Origin: Lepidodermella squamata
Lineage: Eukaryota > Animalia > Gastrotricha
Direction: 5' to 3'
Assembly (NCBI GenBank): GCA_047495785.1
Contig: JBLDXI010000017.1
Coordinates: forward strand, 2,294,001 to 2,358,000
DNA length: 64,000 nucleotides
The notes under the pieces are model-generated. The model saw only the letters and a list, made by a program, of their open reading frames with translations. It did not search any database and was not told where the DNA came from. Shown in pieces: positions 59,219 to 64,000 of the stretch. Position 1 is the first letter of the stretch; the number at the start of each line of letters is the position of its first letter. Position numbers and translations under genes: made by a program.

Positions 59219-61453
59219 ATGACGAAAGCTCCTGCTGCTCCTGGTGAGATGGAGAAGTATTGGAAGGTACTATCCAAGGGTTCGAGATATATGTTTTTAC
59301 CCCAAATGTGTTGCAGGCTTGCTTTGACAACCCGGATGATTTTAACGCATGGACTTACCTGATGGCGTACACCGAACATGTGGTCTGTTTTTGGCGGAAA
59401 TAAATTATCGCAAAATTTATTGAATGTTCGATCATAGAACAACATCGAAGAGGCTCGGAAAGCTTTCGGAGAATTCTTAGCAAAATGGCCGTATGTTTAA
59501 GTTTGAGAGCTAAGATCTATGGTATCTAGAATTACCTGTAACATCCAGATATTGTTACGGCTATTGGAATCGGTATGCTGACATGGAAAAGCGGAACAGC
59601 AATCCGGACAAAGCTCGTGCGGTAATTTTCGAATCTCACCTTCGAAAACGAAAATAATTTCCCTGTAATTCAGATTTACGAAAATGGTGTAGCAGCTACT
59701 CCTCTCAGTATCGACCTCTGGTTGCATTATATCAATTTTGAAACTGTACAGCATCAAGGGAAGCCTGATGCTGAGGAAATCCTTAGGAAGTAGGTTTTTC
59801 ACTAGGGCATCGGAAACTTGATAACGAAACTTTCTGTAGGCTTTATCGTCGCGCTGTCGATAATGCTGGCCTGGATTACAAATCAGACAAGCTTTGGGAC
59901 GCTTTTATTACGTGGGAATCTTCCCACAGCCCGACCAATGCTCTCCAGCTTTACGATGAATTATTGAAGATACCAACGCAAAATATTGCCAAGCATTTTG
60001 AAAAGTTGACCCTTCGATTTTGTAAATAACTAACCTAAATTTGAGGTATTTTTCAGTGCAAAGCGTCTGATTAATCAGCATAAGCCCCGTGAGCTGATTG
60101 GTTCGGATGAATTTTTTGAACTGCACAAAGCGGTCGTTGGTAGCACCGAGGAAAGTGCGATGGAAACTGATGAGGGAACTGACGCTGTTCAAGCTAAGCT
60201 TGATCAACTCATGAATGCCTTGACAGGTGACCAACTCAAAAGCATTCGCAATAAAATGGCTGCGCAACGCGAAGCTGTTTACAAAGCTACGTTAACCGAG
60301 TTGGAGAAGCGAAAAACTTTCGAAGATAACATTCGTCGCCCATATTTTCACGTCAAGTCTCTGGAACCTGGCCAACTGACCAATTGGAAAGACTATAGCG
60401 ATTTCGAAATCAAACAGGGTGATCACAAACGAATTGTGTTCCTATTTGAGCGCTGCTTAGTAGCCTGTGCGCTATACGAGGAGTATTGGATTAAAGTACG
60501 ATTTCAAGATTTCATCCCCGGTTTATTCTAGTTTTATTTGTGTTGACAGTACGCGTCTTACTTAATGAAGCATGACATTGAAAAAACCAGCAGAGTTTAC
60601 GAGCGAGCTTGCACTATTCATTTGATCAACAAGCCTTTTATACACTTGGCATGGGCTGCGTTTGAAGAGGCTAATGCCAAACTGAACAAAGCCGTTGAAA
60701 TTTTGGACAACTTGGATAAAAAAGTGCCAAACCTTGCCATGGTTCAGTCTAGACGCATAAACGCTTACCGGCGAGCTGGAAAAGTTGAAGAGGTAAGCTG
60801 ATTTAGCTGATAGCTAAGTGAATGATCATAAATCGCCATATAGGTGAAACGGCTGTACACCGAAGCCATCGAATCGGCTCAAACGTCAAGTGGAGCGTCA
60901 TTTTTCGCTTGCAAATACGCTAGATATTTGCACCTCGTTTTGAACGATGTTTCAGGGAGTCGACAAGTTTTGGATTCTGAGCTCGCCAAACACAAGTCGA
61001 ATCCGAAACTCTACCTTCAATTGCTTGATTTGGAGCTGAATACTCCAGGGCAAGACCGTGAGCAACGAGTGATCGCTGTCTTAGATCGAGCGATAGCTGC
61101 TATGAGCACGCCTGAGGATAAAATTCTTTTCAGCCAACGCAAAATGGAGTTTTTGGAAGATTTTGGAGAAAGCACCTTGAGGTATAGGCTTCAATTTGTT
61201 TTTCGCTAATTATGAGATCCATTTTTCTTTATCACCAAGCTTGTTTGAGTCGTATGATCATCATCAGAACTTGCTGAAAGGCGTTGCGCTCGATTTGAAG
61301 CACAAGCTGGATGGGTTCGTTAATGAATGATACTTTGAGCGAAATTTCAGTTTTTCTGTATGTTCTAGGGGAAAGGACGGTTCTGTTGCCAAAAAGCCGT
61401 TGAATACTGAGGCTACCAACGAGAACTCGCAGCCAAAGGTGGCAAAGAAATGA
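59219..61453 (+). CDS. PRPF39: Pre-mRNA processing factor 39 (HAT repeats), multi-exon
   Basis: NPDDFNAWTYL, WPYCYGYWNRYAD, PLSIDLWLHY, SDKLWDAF, FEDNIRRPYFHVKSLEPGQLTNW, LFERCLVACALYEEYWIK. Confidence 0.92.
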
Positions 61454-61654
61454 CATTTTTATGTTGGAACTTCACTGCGTTTTTTGTCAATCTTGTCATA
61501 ATTCCACTGCTCACTAGTTGAACCATGATATATAAAAACCGGTACACAAAATAAAATTTCTATCGCGTGCGTATTACTATTCGAGGACCAACACCTGGCA
61601 CATTTTTGTCTCTTTATTTCTCAACTTCACTGAAAAATATACTATCATATGCTA

Positions 61655-64000
61655 TTACTTGGGTTTACTTGCGTTGGCAATTTCTCTAGCCATGGCTGTA
61701 TCTACTGCTCCGATTACACTGTCTCTAAAAACAGGCTTCTTATTGCCTGTAATTTTCGAGATGGTATGCCGAACAGCAGGTAAGCCAAGCTCATCTCCAG
61801 CATCAGAAAGCTCGCGAAGACCTAAACTAGTCCCATTGCTGTTGGTGAAACACCGGTTGATCCAACGATCGACAAACATTTGAGCCTGTTGACTCTCGAG
61901 ACCGAAATTGCTGTACTCAATGACACTGATTTCGCCTTCGACTTTGTCCTCAGCTTCGCCAGCTTTTAGGTACAGAACTTTGACAAAAGTGCGCCATTTG
62001 GATTCCAGAACCTCAGCCAAGGCTGCAACCAGCTTCGAAACTGCGTACACAGACTCTAGCACGTTTTGTCCAAGCTTATTTTTGATAAGCATCGATGCCC
62101 CAAGAGCGGCAAGGAGTGTAATGAACCTCAGACTCTGTTAATTTCCTCAATAGATAAAAATTCGGTAGATTAAAGTAAATTTACCGGCGTTGGCAGCGTA
62201 ACAAGGAAATGGAGGATAGTATTGCCTTCGCCATCTTGCGTATCGAAAACATTCGGCATCTTTGTCTGCCTCTCAGATTCTTCTCGACTTTTAGGGTTGT
62301 TGAAGCTCTTCGCAATAAAACGTAAACAAGCCTCAAGTCTGTCTTCGAGCTCAACTTGACCCGTCGTCGTATTTTCGAACTGATAACTATTCGCGTTTTC
62401 AATCAAGTAGTGCAACGGCGTTTTGCCCGATGCATCGGGTTTGGTCACCTGGGAACCTCGATCAGCTAGAAGTTGAACAATAGTAGTGTCAGCCTGGCGG
62501 CAAGCAAAATGCATAGGGGTAAGTCCAGTTTTATCGGCTTGGTTGGAATCGGAGCCCAGTTTCAACAGCTTTTCTACAACATCTGTTTTCTTCTTCTGAA
62601 TCGCGTATATCAGGGCCGTCCTGCCGTCGTTATCTGGCACGTCCAGCATTGTGCTGGACTGCTCGAGTAAAATCCTGGTCATGACGTCGTCGTCTGCGAG
62701 TATCGCCTTGGTTAGCAGCACCTGATTGTTTGATTCGACATCTTTCACGTTGAGAATACTCGCGCCCTTTGACAAGAGAACAGTCAACGCTTCTTCGTTT
62801 TGCTTTCCGACCAGGACACCCAGACACGTCAATCCCCTGACGTTGGGAATGGCAGGGTCAGAGCCATGAGAAAGCAAGTATGACATCATGTCGGTGTCTT
62901 CAAGCTCCGTAGCTAAGAAAAGAGCAGTTCTGCCAAGCTTATCTTGAGCATTCAAAGGCTGCCTGGAAAATGTTCAAAAAAATTGATGAAAAATAAGCTT
63001 ATCAACAGCTGAACAGAAGTGCAGAAAATCGATCAACACGCAAGTGCTCACAAAATCTAGTGACATGCAGAAGAGTGAGAAACACTACAGTTTCATACCT
63101 GACGTCAATATCAAAGCGGCTGTTTCATGAAAGATGAATTTGAGAAAAATAAAATGAACGAAGTAAATAAACCATTTTTGCAATGTTTTCCCACGACAAG
63201 CTTCAGATGTAAAAATAAATTTCGAAGCAGTTAACTATCCTGAGCTGTAGCTGTACCAGTATACTTCGGGTGCGTATCTATTTTGGCCTCAAAAGCGATC
63301 ATTACCTTCCAGCTTCGATCAAAGCTCTAACCATGTCCAACCTCCGCATCGTTACCGCTTTCATCAAAGCAGTGAAACCGGTTCGTTTAACAGGTGTCGT
63401 CATGAGAACGTTGAACTGCGTTGCAATGCTTAGAATATAGTTGAAACACCGTTCCGAGTTATTTTCGATAGCAAGGTACATTAATGTGTGACCCGCAAAA
63501 TCAACTGCGTTCACATCAGCCTTGCATTTTTGCACGAGGAACTTCAATAGTTCATCGTTATCTTCGACCGTTGCAAACATCGCCGGGGTACGGCCGTTAA
63601 TTTGACGCCCATTTACATTGGCGCCATATTTGATTAGTAGTTGGATGCAAGCGGGATCGTTGTTCAATACCGCCGTGTGCAATGGCAAATATTCGCCCCG
63701 ACCTTCCCATATTTCGGCTGAAATTAAAATAGCCGAATTAGTTTATGGTGATAATCATTGGAAAATTCCTACTGTTGGCGCCTGCTAGAAGCAGACTTTG
63801 CACAACCTTTGCATAGCTTGATTGAACTGCCAGATGCAAGGCTGTGAAGCCATAGTCGTCGCGAGTGTTCATTCTGATTTTCGAAGATTTAACCAGCAAT
63901 TCGACAACTACTCATCGGCACTACTTATAAGAGAATTTAGCACGTAAATCATTACATACCTTCGTTGTGATTTCTGTAAGCGGCAAGATGTAGTGCGGTC
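61655..64000 (-). CDS. Multi-ankyrin-repeat protein (3' part; continues beyond the window end)
   Basis: Repeated G.T(P/A)LH.A units in ORFs 63302-63688 and 62170-62955, plus C-terminal exon 61655-62128. Confidence 0.8.

Overview
Gene-dense piece of a compact animal genome with short (about 45-65 nt) GT-AG introns. About 24 protein-coding genes can be recognised by motif: TTC23 (partial), BBS4, a LIMD2-like protein, VPS39, two SelW/Rdx-family selenoprotein genes, ERGIC2, EARS2, a small UQCC3/Cbp4-like ORF, SFT2D3, SET/NAP, TMEM87, a TWIK-like K2P channel, two alpha-1,3-fucosyltransferases, SMC5, an R7-family RGS, HAAO, TMEM229B, a CARD-type caspase, REXO5, ANKZF1, PRPF39 and a partial ankyrin-repeat gene. 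All family calls come from manual translation and remembered motifs, not from database searches. The most notable result is absent from the ORF track. A second SelW-family paralogue (12979-13507, minus) splices to a U-G-R-U (UxxU, two selenocysteine) motif, has its own SECIS hairpin and ends in a basic CaaX-like tail; its neighbour is an ordinary CxxU SelW. Several same-strand genes are 61-197 nt apart with unpaired splice acceptors just before the ATG, which suggests trans-spliced operons. A small membrane-protein ORF overlaps the EARS2 start by ATGA. Two copies of a MITE-like element carry telomere-like cores.
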